A stretch of 64,000 nt of DNA, from the NCBI GenBank assembly GCA_030248215.1, contig JASANG010003752.1:1-64000 (forward strand), written 5' to 3'. This DNA comes from Enoplolaimus lenunculus (Eukaryota). The notes under the pieces were generated by a model that was not told the origin of the DNA, searched no databases, and saw nothing but the letters and a program-made list of their open reading frames with translations. Positions 37,001 through 48,478 of this stretch are shown here, one piece after another. Within the stretch, counting starts at the first letter, position 1. Every line of letters starts with the position of its first letter. Both the position numbers and the translations under genes were made by a program.

Positions 37001-40000
37001 CCTCTCCTCTCGATCATATGTCTTTACATTTGATCTGTGTTTATTATTTATATAGGCGTAACCAAACTCTGACTAGTGCAACTGACGCTTTATTGAAAAT
37101 TCTGCAACACCCTCCACTCCGAAATCCCCCATGGTTGCGAAACGGAGGGCCCCGGTTGATGCCACCTCCACACTCCGCCGCGACCTAGCGAACGGCCAGG
37201 TTACCATGATAAAACTCTCGCTTGCATAACATATAGTATGGTAACACTCAAGTATTTTGAAATTTCAAGTATTTCATACATAACACAGTACATTTTGTTA
37301 CAAAATCCGCGATACGTAATTAATCATTATATACTCAAAATAATTACATAACTTAATACCACAAGATTAACATTAAAACAGTCATAATTGAGTCCTGGGA
37401 GTTCGTTACTCAGGCACCCCACACTCGGACAAAGCCCTCACCCCCTCCCTCGCCAAGCTGCCACCGGCCCATAAAAAATTTGAAGCAACAATATATTTAT
37501 TGTTTAGAAACGAAGTTTATGGTAACAGATATTTTTATTTTCCGGTGCAGTTTCGGGGATTTTTTTCACATTCCAGTTCGGGTGTTTTGTAATTCCTGTT
37601 ACACCCCGCTTGGAGTTGTCACCGGAAAAACTACTAAACCATAAGCTTAGCGTTCCGTAAGGCAGTGTACTTACCGGGCAATAATAAATATCTATTTGTG
37701 GCCTTAGTGTCGGTACGCCCTCACTCTAATCTAAGCTTCCTTCTCCAAACGAGTAGTTTAACCGTCTAAGCCTGAGAGATAGCAAATAAAGAGCTAGTTA
37801 ACAAAAAACAAAACATAATACGTACCTGTACCGACGTTTCCGAACAATTTTAGCCCACCCTTGAGAATTGCTGTCCACTTTCTTGTTCTATAATACAAAA
37901 TGTTAAAAAATTTCAAAAACCATAACTGAAACAACACTGAATGTACTTTACATACGGTATAAACCACAAGTACTAAAATTCAGTCTGTTCCGACTCAATT
38001 TCGCAAACACGTACATGTATTTCCAACTTGCTAGATTCGGATTTTTTCAAAGCGAATCCGAATACGATCCCGAACCTTTAATTTTTACCGAACCTGAAAC
38101 CGGATCCGAAATTTTGTTGCCACCCCGAATCCAATCAGGGTACGACTAAATATTAATTACCGGCTATTGAATTTCGTACCGGAACCGGATAAATATGAGC
38201 ACTGGTGAAATAATTTAGACGCGCAAAAGTATGTTTACTAAATTAAAATTAACTTAGGTTGGACCTTGTATTCTATTTCAGCTATGTAAAAATCTGAACA
38301 GCTTCTGCCCGGAAAGGTAATCGCAGCAAATTTCAAATATGCCCACTTGTCAAAAGCAGATTAATGGTACTTGGGACCGCAACAGCAAATATCCGGTACC
38401 CAGGGTGCAACCGGAATTACAATTTACCGGAACCGGAATTTGAAAATTTTACCGGAACCGGAAAATGAAAAATGCATTTCACCGAAAATTTCATTTTAAT
38501 CTTATTTTTTGCTCTATTATTTGTGAAATAACCTTAGTCGAACATAGGTATTTATTTTATTTGTTGTATTTTAGATTTTCATCATCGACTGAAGTGAAAT
38601 CCACCATCAATGGCTTATATTCGGAGTACAAGTGGCTTTCAAAAGAGATTCTTAAAAATTAGCAAAGTTAAGAAAACGGCCAAATTATAATACCGGAATT
38701 TTTAAATCCGGTAAAAATTTACCGGAACCGGAAGTTGAAAAAATGCCGGAACCGGAATTCCGGTTGCACCCTGCCGGTACCCGATAGGTTTATACCGAGT
38801 ACCGGATATCGGTTTTTGCCAGATATTAAACTGGAACCGGATGTCCGGTCGCACCCTGAAAGTCGGAACTATAATACATATATCGTTCGGATCAGCAATT
38901 TTAATTCGAAACCAATATCACAATGAAATCTGAAAATTTCGTGGCAGAATAAAATATTGCCAAAGTCATTACATTTTGTGTAGTATGCATACTGTACTGT
39001 GGTTATACAGATTACATTTTTCGCAGAGACCGTGTGAACCGATTGCTCCAACGATTTAGTGAGAAACAAAATCAATACGTACGTTGGATACTCTTGTCTA
39101 GACTTATCAATTATCATCTACTTGGTTACATGAATAATATGACTATATATTTCAAAAAAACACACTTTGGTGGAATCAAATGAAAAAAATCCTAGTGCTT
39201 CTTTCAGCTGCTGTTCTTCTTCGGTAGCAGGAACATCGCTTTCAGGCTCGGCTTCTGCCTTCGCTGTAACAATGCCAATCACAAAATATAATTATCTATT
39301 AAACAACCATACAGAATCTTTTGGTAAAATTGTCTATAAATAACAGTTTTATGTAAGAATAATGCTATAATTTTTACCTATGTTGTCCGGAGACGTTGCC
39401 ACCGTGAGGCATCGTACGCAATGTACCGCGATGTATGGCGAAATTCATCAAGTATGTCGCGCCACCCTTACACTTTTCAACAGTTAATACATATCCAGGA
39501 AACTAGAATACCGGAACCAAATGTTGGATTTTGCCGGAGTCGGACATTCCTCTCGCAGCACGCTCTAGATTCAATATTACTAACCTCGCTCTTGTTCTTC
39601 ATGTCTATAGCGTTCATCTAATTTCCGCCGTCTTTCATCGTATCGTTTTTCGTCATAACGATCGCGAGAACTAGAACAATACCAGACAAACTGTTTCAGA
39701 TTTTTGAGATATCATTTGTTTCTGCAATGTTTTAATGTGATCTATTACCTTTTCCTTACTGGAAACCCAGTATAAAGCAGAGCGCAGGACAATACATATA
39801 TACTGAATCTTAGACAATACCAAACCTTGCAAAGATACACTGCATTCATCGATAATTTACGGGTTCTTGCTTAGGTCCATTAAGCAACATTGCTCTTGTT
39901 TGTTGTACAAAGTTCTATTATTGATTTTGGTACATGATACGTAATCATGTTTACGTGAACACCAATATACAAAGCTCTACCACCTCCGCACAAATCAAGT

Positions 40001-41474
40001 CAAGTCAGTTCGCTTTTCATATTTGTTTTACCTATAGAGTAATTGGCTAGCTGATAGATGCGTATTATGACGCAAACAAATATCCGTTCCTGCTGTGAAA
40101 ATTCGGCACCTTTCAGTACGTATTCCGTTCCATTCTGTAATAGGCTGACACTTACACTGTATCATCTATTTGAAGGGTTCCACCGGAATTCCTATTCCAG
40201 CCGTAATTTCTTCAAAAACTGATTCCTCTCCCTTTTCCTGTTCATTCATTACGGAACGTAGGAACCGGAATTTTTGTGGTGATGTACCGATTCATTTAAA
40301 CATTGAAAAAATTATGAAAAAAAGCCGAAACCGGAAGGTAAACAAATGTTGGAACCGGAATTCTGGTATAATTTATATATCAGAGTATATATTGTGCCGT
40401 CGCAACCAAAGCATACCGAGATCTTCTACGTTCTTTCCGCCGACTTGATGGTGACTTTGATCTGAAAGTTACACAAAAAACTTCCACTCCTGCACAAAAC
40501 CACAATCTTGTAACGTTTTTAAGTAAATGACTTTATATATGTATTACTGAATCTTGGCAAGAAACGTTAGCCACAAAACAACGGTATATCTCAACAAAAA
40601 TACTCAGTTTCCAAGCGACGCTTAGAAGATTATTCCAGACACCTGTTCAGATCAAGTGTCATGCAACCCATATAAATGTATAAGCGCATACATATATACA
40701 TAGAAAGCGTTAGCGTACCTTCTTGGAGAGCGGCTTCTTTTTCGATCTGAAACAGTATGTAATCAAAATTATACACATATTAATTTTTGCCATATATTTT
40801 ACAGTGACGATGTGTACCCATTTCGCACTCCCTTAAAAATGTTTCTTTAAATTAAATGAATCTCTGATCATCAACTAGTGACAGATGCTACAAGCAGTTG
40901 TCAATGCCAACATTTCCGTGAAATAGTACAATAAAAAGCAAAATTTATAACTATATATACTACTCACCCCTGTGACGACGTTCCCTGGATCGTGAACGCC
41001 TTCGTTCTAAAAAAGTTGTAAAATATACATACGCGTCATCAAAAACGATAAAAAGAAGAGTGTGAAACAACAGAATTAGGTATAAAGAAAACATGTTTTC
41101 CACGACTAAGTTTAAAACATTTGGACGATTTTAGGAAGGGTACGCCAGCATTTTGGCACATGCGCAACAATGTGTCGTTATTGATTATAAACATGATCTC
41201 TAACGTTATCATTGGAAACTAATTGCTTGCACCTGGTTGATGACAGTTAGAAAGTCCCACAGAAGTACAGCAAATTATAGCCTGAACGTTAACTTAAGTT
41301 TATTAATATCTTAAGTCAAATTCAATTAATTTTCATTGCAAAACCAAATTAATCTCTGAAATTTACCTAATATTTCGACTAAACTCACATTCGAAATAAA
41401 CCATGTTTCTGACACATTAGATATTTCATTACTAAATTATAACGATTACCTCTTGAGCGTGATCTTGAACGCAT
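31008..41474 (-). CDS. SNRNP27: U4/U6.U5 tri-snRNP 27 kDa protein
   Basis: Exons 41474-41450, 41006-40968, 40746-40719, 40461-40417, 39670-39585, 39263-39166, 37887-37826, 31062-31008, all in phase. RS-rich N-terminus, then [36 protein letters not shown]. Confidence 0.95.
32109..32478. mobile_element. MITE family B
   Basis: GGCTGGG..CCCAGCC termini; homologous to 10000-10718. Confidence 0.75.
32987..35650 (-). CDS. Intronless DEDDy 3'-5' exonuclease, Egalitarian/EXD1-like, nested in the last SNRNP27 intron
   Basis: Open frame to 35707, first ATG at 35650. Exo I FGVDVEG (~35450), Exo II KLFWDCKCD (~34290), WADVQ, Exo III YRPL..LLDYCTTD (~33710). Confidence 0.78.
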   Translation of the reverse strand: MPAAGGAIDVDGGQKRRDWLDLTRRVLIGSRCAGRARVVFVAQNERAVALGLATLERSSLNAFGVDVEGCALPGEVIRQSLQCRCSIGEAMKRLAHTTGATAVGSNEYRNDDSIDGVVGDEMTQQQKEQQQQKEQQQQSSQESTNPVDIETDKRYAGLEESCCRQSRGLSNNVGNEPVEREEAMTLQSDYDATEATGSRSSNRAETGLKSGNGYASDASEEVSGRSGDDCGTDSCIKNAVGDCSRSSGTKAKNNAHEGVGEATSESIVPSMVDDDNFEDETNDELLIYDPDTEGTDFDDNGLVMADLSETSSSTNASRNAEGSSSTQVRITGDIKELSCAVTVAATTTTTTTTTTTKTAGKTIKPNPLYSKSFFRIRSQYPRVAAYFCDRVMSAHNLKANGFLNGSALARYVSISNLEGFCLIVDLMALEFVFPTALFEFLASTQHLKLFWDCKCDLLMLNHVAKLSALPVLTSATWADVQELKRRVARRVATTALGRQAGIRIPNADNLTANAEHFWYGLAKPAIGISYYTFLTPWGETVYEQVRHYDNIGGKTCGGHQAENGSNAHAAGGNTAPGKIGASGGGGSVVSFIDNNDKRRKHLYADYVSEKCANGKRQAKASRGRRPVPIDISYRPLSTSELLDYCTTDCLLIDLVLGIIHAITPYSVTVTTDDCIEAFAELLEQTRLLPNCVEIMSRPNRSWYREAEHALVEAAFHVQYYDCLSHHGDGGKSSGSTGSDQCVPVMFVRCNAEATGRHRDGGERRVRGKGCRGRIVTGDGGKIVGGGLLGGSGDSVGPGSFESDTDAGDLSLRAEEVPDAEKTLGESSDRDSDIEIASDNEDVHEAGKPHERGTDCLFLPLNTHREWYEQQNLYLQSWASECDTITID
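37675..37771 (-). other. Candidate alternative stop-containing exon of SNRNP27
   Basis: CTCTCAG acceptor 54 nt after the upstream donor, and a CCG|GTAAGT donor. Reads R-LRRLNYSFGEGSLD* with TAG at 37728-37726. Confidence 0.55.
38401..38773. mobile_element. hAT-type MITE family A, copy 3 (reverse orientation)
   Basis: Perfect TSD CCGGTACC. Inserted in an older repeat resembling ~63640-63850. Confidence 0.93.
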
Positions 41475-43805
41475 CACTTGATTTTACTTACATCTAACTA
41501 ATAAGACTTCAAAACATGCGCGTACATATAAAACTGTCCTAGGTTAGTAACTAAACAGTGTATTTTGTATCAATATATTTCGCGTTTCCGTGGCATATAT
41601 ATTAATTTGATAAAACAACAAAGGTTTGCACACTGTTATGATTCGCGAAAAAATACTTGCGTCGATCTAGTTGTTTAAATGTATTCAATGTAACTCAATG
41701 GCCGCGTTTTGAAATACGGCCTGGATCGAGAGAAGCTGATCTACGGCGGTTGCAAAATTTGCGAACGCTGAGACATTCTAACGCCAAACTCAAAATAGTA
41801 CCTCTGGGGTAATTCATCGGTGCTTGCTTAAATGCGGTGTAAAACATAAAACCTGCAGAGTTCAGTATTCGATGCTAAAAACTACGTCAAAGAACAAATA
41901 CGCTTTAAAGGTTTATCAAAAGTGTTATAGCGTTCTTCTCTTACGCATAGTTGATAGCAAAATAAAGATGAATTCGCGAAAAATTTTAACAAATAGTTGT
42001 TCTCACACCTTTTATATAAAACAAAATTTGTTGTGTGCAGGGTTGGTTTTTTCCGGAAAATATGAATCGAACGGAAAAAACTGGAAACCGGAAAAAATGA
42101 AAATCATATACTGCTTATGCGATAGCAAAAACGTTGATAGATGATATTTCTACAGTACAGAGTGTCGTATACCTATGTTAGTGGCGTTGTGGCCAGTGGA
42201 CACTCAGCTAGCTTCTACAGACTATTTTGAGACATCACACACATTTGCAGTGTCTTAAAATGTTGGGCCAACGTATAAAATAGGGCCATATTTAACAGTA
42301 ACAGGCATATTCCTAAACCTAAATTCGATAAACGTAAAAATTTAGTGATGGGCATCGGATAATCTTTCATATCTGGATCTCTTTCGAATATCCGAAACTC
42401 GATTTTGCGTTTTTTGGGTTTCCGAACCTCAAATTTTGTTTCTTAAGCACTTGTTTCTACTTTATGCTTTAAGGGAAGTACCCTGATTAACAGGTTGACT
42501 GTTATGAGCGTAAAGCATACAATTTTAAAAGTAGTTGTTTATATGCATCTGCTTCAACACTGCTTGGTATTGGGTTTAGAAGATTGGTACTGAATAATAA
42601 ATACTTGCGTTGGCCACGTAAAATTGAGTATATTGGGTTTGTTTCCGTCTGATTTAACCGTTGAACTACATATGCAGAAAAGTCGTTTACGTCCCAACAA
42701 GAAAGAGCGAGATTAAAACATACTTACGCTAATCGCACAAACATCAGCCCATGTTATTTTAGTGGTGCCCCGCTTTCAACGATGGATCCAGACATTTCTG
42801 ACGGGGGCGAACTGGTAAATGTTGTGAAAGGCTATTTTTAACCAAAATTTTCTGAGGGGAAAACTGTATGATTGGGACATCTTTTAATTTATCACAAAAT
42901 ATTTTCTGACACCCCTTCGGAGGAGCCACCTACCATACTCCCATTTGGGGGTGGGGTGACACATAGTAAAATATTGATTTTCCTGCATCTATCATGGTAC
43001 AGTACAACCGCAGGCCTGCCTACGTCTCCGGCAGATCAACCTTGCTCCGGCAGAATTTTTCCCGGAGATTCCGGCAATTTCCGTTGCGAAATTTTTTATA
43101 GTTTCACAGAAATTGAATCGCCCGGCGCGCTTGGTTATATAGTTTTGATTTAATTTTGAAAAAATCGTCCAGAATATACATAAACCAAAATTTTTCACAT
43201 TTGCGCAAAATTAAATTAACATATTCCTACTAAACATTGTTCAAACTATCTAAATTTCGCGTCACTTCCAATTTCACGTCTGGCTCAGGTATTTTTCATC
43301 TCCGGTTGAACCTGGTGTCTATTAACGTCAACGTGCAACCGAAATTATTATAAAATACCGGGACTGGAAAGTTAAAAACACTGGAACTAGAAAACAAAGA
43401 AACTTGTTAACAAAAGTAATTTTATAGTTAATTTATCGTTTTAATATATACTTAAATGAAAAAACAGTTGTTTTGTTGACCTCCGGCCAAGGCATTTTTC
43501 ACCTTGGGTTGCAGCCTTATGTCGCTCACACGTTACCATACGTGCACTCGGCACATCCATCGTCCCCTATACTGTTTTAAAAAGGCTAGCTATACTGTTA
43601 TTGCGTAACTGTGTGCGGAAACTTTATCTCTAAATAAAAAATGTCCGCATAGAGTTTATTGCATTGGCGGACATATTGTACACATATGAAATAGAGTTTG
43701 TCGGACTTTGTCGTTACAGTCTAAAAGGTGTCCCCGGAAAGCGCTAAATAAGGGAATTTATTTACTGCGTAATTTCGTTGCTTTTTGCAAGTTCGCCAAC
43801 GTTGC

Positions 43806-44530
43806 CCGCCAAAATTTGAATTTCGCGCCAAAATTTGAATTTTCCTCCCAAAATTTGAATTTCCCGTCAAAATTTGAATTTCCCGCCAAAATTTTAATTT
43901 TCCCGCCAAAATTTGAATTTCCCGCCAAAATTTTAATTTTCCCGCCAAAATTTGAATTTTCCGCCAAAATTTGAATTTTGCAGCCAAAATTTGAATTTTG
44001 CGCTAAAATTTGAATTGTCCCGCCAAAATTTTAATTTCGCGCCAAAATTTAAATTTTCCCGCCAAAATTTGAATTTTACGCCAAAATTTGAATTTCCCGC
44101 CAAAATTTTAATTTTCCCGCCAAAATTTGAATTTCCCGCCAAAATTTTAATTTTCCTGCCAAAATTTGAATTTTCCGCCAAAATTTGAATTTTGCAGCCA
44201 AAATTTGAATTTTGCGCTAAAATTTGAATTTTCCCGCCAAAATTTGAATTTGCTGCCAAAATTTAAATTTTCCCGCAAAATTTAACTTTGCCGCCAAAAT
44301 TTGAATTTGCGGCTAAAATTTAAATTTGCCGCCAAAGTTTGAATTTTCTCACCAAAATTTGAATTTCCCGGTAAAATTTGAATTTCCCCGCCTAAATTTA
44401 AATTTGTCGCCAAAAATCGAATTTTCCCGCCAAATTTGAATTTCCCGCCAAAATTTAAAATTTTTGCAACCAAAATTTGAATTTCCCGCCATAATTTGAA
44501 TTTTTCCGTCAAAATTTGAATTTCCCCGCT
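43806..44530. repeat. 19-20-bp AT-rich minisatellite (~36 copies)
   Basis: Consensus CCCGCCAAAATTTGAATTT(T), more degenerate toward the right end. Confidence 0.95.
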
Positions 44531-45848
44531 AAGGTGTCCCTATGTGTCTATGATATAAAAATATTGTCCACTACACTGTTTTTCAAACATTTCAATGTCC
44601 TAAACAGTGTCGCTGCAAAACAGTCTTGTCCGGATATTTTCCGTGAAACTCTACGATGTCCGCGAATGGCGGCGACACTGTTCGAAAATGAAGGGTTTCG
44701 ACAAAACACAAGCCGGACAAGGGAATAAACTGACAAGTTGCTGTCCAAGTTTCTCATTTACATTTTCGGATGAACTTTCAATTTTAATCCGGTTTACAAC
44801 CGATTCAATTTCCAAACGTACAGCAGCTAGAAAATCAATCAAACATCATACTTCGATGATATTAAACTCGTGATTAAAGCACAGCCCAGTATAATACGCT
44901 AAATTTTTTTGCCAGTCCGGATTTTTAACTCGTGCGTAGCGGAAGTTCAAATTTATACAGTTGGTATACATTGCTGTAATAATGAACTTCCGACAATCTG
45001 AAATTTTCGTATACTCGAAATTTAGAGAAAAATCCATCAAGCACTTGTTCCACACTAATGTTTTTAAATTGTTCCGTTTGCATACATTAATTGGACTCTT
45101 TATTAAACTGCTCACGGTGACATCTGCAGTGTGAATTTTTTGTCGTGTTGTTAAATCTTGTTGTTGTCCCAGGCTTTGACAGTTCGCTAGCAAGTTGTTT
45201 AAGTGTACTGTATGCAGTTTCTTTGATTGCTGTAAGCTCTGAAACAGCACCTTCGAACGTTTGTTCGTGCGTCTTTGACATTCTTCTTGCAATGTTTTGA
45301 GGGCCGTCTTGGTGTCTGGTGCACTTGAGTATGAATAAATTTGTTGTTCACACATATTACAGTGGAATGCGCATTACTGTGGTCCATCTAAGAAATCAAC
45401 TATTTTACAATTTTCGAAACCACAATAGCAGATGTTTCATAATTGTCAAAACAAAATAGTATCATAGTGATATCTTTATATCTGGTCTGCGAATATTTTG
45501 TCTGCATTCTCGGAATCGAAAATTCCAACTGTAACAAACAAATTTCACTTTGTCCTTTGTTTTTGAAGTTATGCTAAAGGCGTTGTCGTAAACAGTGGGA
45601 AAACAGTGGGAGTGAAAATATTAGTGCTGATGCAATGAAATTTTCTAAAGCAGCAAAAACATGATTTTGAATTTCAGGTCCACGACTTGCAAACGCCACG
45701 TTAAAAACTCAATACTTTGGACGTAGTATGCTAGATGAGCCCAAAGCAACATGAATCAGCAGAATGAAATAGTTTGTTTCGGTTATAAGTACGTAGTTGT
45801 TTCTATTGTAACCATTGTAAATTTACAAACTGTAGTATAAGTTGAAAC

Positions 45849-46262
45849 CAGGGTGCAACTGGAATTCAGGTCCCGATATTGAAATCCGATATTTTCCCTA
45901 TATCCGGTTTCGGTAAGAAATCCGGTATTTTTTCACCCGAATTTCCCAATATTTTTGGTATTGAACATTTTTTCTCATTCGAAAATTTAAGAAAAATTGG
46001 CATATTATTCTAACTTTACCTATTTATGTAAAATTGTCCGAGCTTGTATTGCCAAAATTTTCAATTTGTGCCATACTCCATAATTTATCAGGTTTCCACG
46101 TAAGTACTGCATTTGTTTCAGGATTTTGACATTCTAAATGGTGTGTTTACAACATCAAAAGCGATAAAATAGCGCTTAATTTTTTATTTTCTGATTCTGA
46201 TTCTGGTTCTGGTATTTTTTAACTTTCCGGTTCCGGTATTGTATAATTTCGGTTGCATCCTG
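45849..46262. mobile_element. hAT-type MITE family C
   Basis: CAGGGTGCAAC..GTTGCATCCTG; flanks GTTGAAAC/GTTGTCAC. Reverse homolog of 12002-12426. Confidence 0.8.
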
Positions 46263-47062
46263 GTTGTCACATATTATTTATTACTGGAATTAAAATCGAA
46301 AATGTAACTAGTACTCACTTTTCGTAGTTAATTTTTAACTTTAACAACTCTGTTCTATCGTTCAAAGACGCACTTTGCAATATATAGCACAACCAAACGC
46401 CATATATATAAATGCAAACAAACAGTGACTAGTGTGTTTTTAATATTTCTGCAACAAAATTAAGACAAAATAATACACCAACAGTCTCGCCATTGATGTA
46501 ACAACTTTGACTGTTTTGTATGGAACGAACCTCATTGTTGCAAGAGCAATCAAGTTGGACACCAGAACAAATATATTATAACAATGCTACCTTACTTTGT
46601 GCTGTGAAACATTTCATGTTAATTTTATTTAATTGAACATATATAAGTGTTAAAAATAGCACATGCATAACAACATATAGCAACCAGGGTACAGCCATCC
46701 ATAAAATAATATATACCACGACTTCGGTATGATCCGTGACCAGACGCCCCTGATAACTACCCCAAAAGGTAAAAAATATTTTAACCTGTTGTCACAAGAA
46801 TATTGACTAAAGCTAAGAGTCAAATTCGACTCTCACATGGGACATGTTTACTATCACAGACCGAGCAAATAAACCTGATGGAATCTGTAATGCGCATGAT
46901 CGTACAAACTGTTAAACACTGTGCATTGAGTATATTTTATTTCATGCACACAATTTGAGCTAAGTTGCTCTTTAGTATACTCAATGCGTGAAATGAAGGT
47001 TGACCGTGTTCTCTGCTGAAATGATGTTGTCAGAGTACAAAGCTATACACCAAAATAAGCTG

Positions 47063-47316
47063 CACTGCAAATTCCAATGAGTTGACTAATCAATTCAGCT
47101 AGCGAGTTGGTTATTTCTGAATTAATAATATCACTAAACATTAACTCACTCTGAGTTGAGTTTATTTTCACTCTGAGTTGAGTTGATTCTGGGTGAGTTG
47201 ATTAATTAACTCCGAATAAATTGAATCAACTCAAATTGCGAGTTCTGATAGTCCTAACTCAGACTGAGTGATTCAACTCATTCTGAGTTAAAATCAACTC
47301 ACTGAAATTTACACTG
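47063..47316. mobile_element. CACTG-ended MITE with TGAGTTGA subterminal repeats
   Basis: Direct and inverted TGAGTT/AACTCA arrays. Confidence 0.6.
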
Positions 47317-48198
47317 TTTAAAATATAATTACTTGGACCCCAGTTGGTTTTCGTCTCGGAAAGTTCTCTTATTAACAACCACAGTCTCCAGCCTTAACAA
47401 ATCCGATACAGGTTTTTAAACAAAATTTCAATGGTTCTAAGGGCAGTTTACCGACGCACGAAAAAGTTTAGTTTTCACAGTAAAAACATGCAAAATCGCA
47501 ACTAACGACAAATAAAGCCAAACAAAAGCATAACAATAATCTCGTTACATATAAGCGAATGAATCAGAAAATAAATAAAACAATAAATAAATAAATAAAA
47601 TGAATGCTACTTTAAGGGCGTTTGGCCATATAGCTTACACGTACGTTTACGCCACAGACCAGCGAAAGCGTAGCCAGAGGGGGGGCAAGAGGGCCGTGGC
47701 CCCCTTTAATGGTTTTAAAAAGTATGATTTAGAAAAACCAACTGATTTTTAGAGTACACAAACTATAAAATCGGGCATTTGTGCTGTGACCCTCGAGAAA
47801 CCACACACTTTAGTATAAGAATATATTTACAACGAAGCCTAAACCACAACCAAATGTGTTACAAAACTCAAAATTCACATCTACTAGTGTCGTGTGGATA
47901 GACGATACGCCCCTGAAAAGTAACATTAGCAACAATCAATAAACAAAAGCGATACAACGTTGCTTAGCACACAAATGCAATTGACCATGAGGTGGCGCTA
48001 TACTTTTAATGTTTGCCGACAACACACGCGAATCGCCGCATTTCAACGCACAACAGACTGTAAAAAAATTTTTTTTCATCTGCCGACTTGCCACTCTGAA
48101 GGCCAAATACAACGCCACCCTTACAAGATCATAATCCGCGTTTGAGCGGTGGCTTTTGTTTTTAGAAAAATATTGCACATTCTAAGCTTGCAATGCCA

Positions 48199-48478
48199 AA
48201 AGCGCTATTCATACGTGCAAGTTTTTGCTGCGAGAACTTGCAGCTGCAACTTTCACTTGCAAGTTTTATCCAAAATCCCGTTCGAAAAAACACGCATCTG
48301 CAAATAATTCATTAAAAATCATAGCTAGGAATTTAGTTCACATGTGTGAATAACCATGCAAGTTCACTGAATTTATTGCAGCCGCTTTTTCATTGGCTGA
48401 TGAAAAAATGCAAGTTCTGCGTGCAATTTACAGCTGAAAGTTCTCGGAGCAAAAACTTGCGCGTGTGAATTACGGCTT
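48199..48478. mobile_element. MITE family H, short copy
   Basis: Same TIR body as 59918-60756. Confidence 0.7.

Noticed and set aside
37726..37771. Loss of the conserved SNRNP27 C-terminus
   Set aside because: The canonical terminal exon is intact at 31062-31008.
43708..44512. Repetitive ORFs (PPKFEF.., NSNFGGK..)
   Set aside because: Translations of the minisatellite.
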